Of a stretch of DNA of 37,681 bases, positions 36,945 to 37,681 are shown one piece after another. Under the pieces are notes generated by a model that worked only from the letters and a program-made list of their open reading frames with translations, searched no databases and was not told the DNA's origin. Positions within the stretch are counted from its first letter, which is position 1, and each line of letters begins with the position of its first letter. Position numbers and translations under genes: made by a program. Location: assembly GCA_040752415.1 (NCBI GenBank), contig JBFMGU010000088.1, positions 1-37,681 on the forward strand. The letters run 5' to 3'. This DNA comes from Myxococcota bacterium (GTDB lineage: Bacteria > Myxococcota > JACRCW01).

Positions 36945-37490
36945 TCAGCGCGCGCTCCGACGGAAACGTGTCATCACCGCATCCATCCATCCGCGCAGCG
37001 TCGGGTCGGTGATGAAGGCGTCCGCGGATTCCACGAACTCCTGCATCCCCGCCACGCCCTGCTCATGTTGCGCCAACGCCTGCAGCGCCATGTCCAGGCG
37101 GTCCAGCTGACGCACGAAGCGACTCTCCGGGTCGGCCTGAGCCTCGTAGGCTTCCCACAAGCGCAACAGCTCCGGATCGCGCAGCCCACTGGAAAGCGCG
37201 ATCATCGCGTCATGTTCACGACGTGACTTCTCCGCCTTGGAGACACCATCCACGGGCGTGATGTCGCCCACGCGCACCTCTGGAAGGTCATGCAGCACCG
37301 CGTAGGCCAGCGCGCGCTCCCGGTTCATCTGCGCGGGGAGCAGTGCCAGGACCAACCACGCCACGCCCCAGCTGTGATCCGCCACCGACTCCGGGTCCAG
37401 CGCGCCAACCCGCACCCAACCCGCGCGACGCAACGCCTTGAGCCGCACCGCCTCCAGCAACGTTTCCAGCGCCACGTTCCGGTCGGTCAT
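36945..37490 (-). CDS. HD-domain hydrolase (YfbR/HDDC2-like 5'-deoxynucleotidase family)
   Basis: LKALRRAGW, ESVADHSW, HDLPE, GDITP, DRLDM. Confidence 0.9.
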   Translation of the reverse strand: MTDRNVALETLLEAVRLKALRRAGWVRVGALDPESVADHSWGVAWLVLALLPAQMNRERALAYAVLHDLPEVRVGDITPVDGVSKAEKSRREHDAMIALSSGLRDPELLRLWEAYEAQADPESRFVRQLDRLDMALQALAQHEQGVAGMQEFVESADAFITDPTLRGWMDAVMTRFRRSAR

Positions 37491-37591
37491 GGGATCGACG
37501 TTATAGCGATCTTCGGCGTGGGACGCAGGCACGTCGAGAAGAGAGGGCCAGCTCGCGCCATGGAAAGCAAAGGTCGGAACAGCGCGAGCTT

Positions 37592-37656
37592 TGGGAGTGC
37601 GTGTGCAAGCGCCCGTGCTGTGACCCGGTAGAGCGGGGGCGCGCAGCACCGCTTTG
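37592..37656 (+). repeat. Degenerate REP-like palindromic units
   Basis: GGAGTGCG at 37594 and GTAG-AGCGG...GCACCGCTTT at 37628-37655 echo the REP cores at 121-328. Confidence 0.35.
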
Positions 37657-37681
37657 ACTTCGGAGCACCGTTCAACCCCCG

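Overview
High-GC bacterial chromosomal window. The gene style (many lipoproteins, Ser/Thr kinase, FHA, long coiled coils) suggests Myxococcota or a relative; this is inference. From left to right: the 3' end of a probable IS1182-family transposase whose terminus abuts a REPIN-like long inverted repeat; bcp; an lpxB-PAP2-GT2-coaBC operon; a beta-propeller lipoprotein; a Cys-rich membrane protein; a tightly coupled five-gene operon (vWA, Zn-ribbon/FHA, two proteins that look like highly divergent purine nucleoside phosphorylase (PNP)-fold proteins, and a soluble Ser/Thr kinase); a cluster of exported proteins (HExxH peptidase, carboxypeptidase-regulatory-like repeat protein, lipoproteins, transglutaminase-like); SRPBCC; DUF62 SAM hydrolase; a coiled-coil protein; a second REPIN-like element; HAD; inositol monophosphatase; a Rid-GNAT fusion; thrABC; a four-gene operon built around a ZorA/ZorB-like MotA-long-tail/MotB pair; a lipoprotein; and an HD hydrolase. 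The two best candidates for undescribed systems are the vWA-FHA-PNP-PNP-kinase operon (7483-12121) and the ZorAB-like operon with two non-canonical flanking genes (32450-36298). All calls come from motif recognition by eye; no database searches were run.
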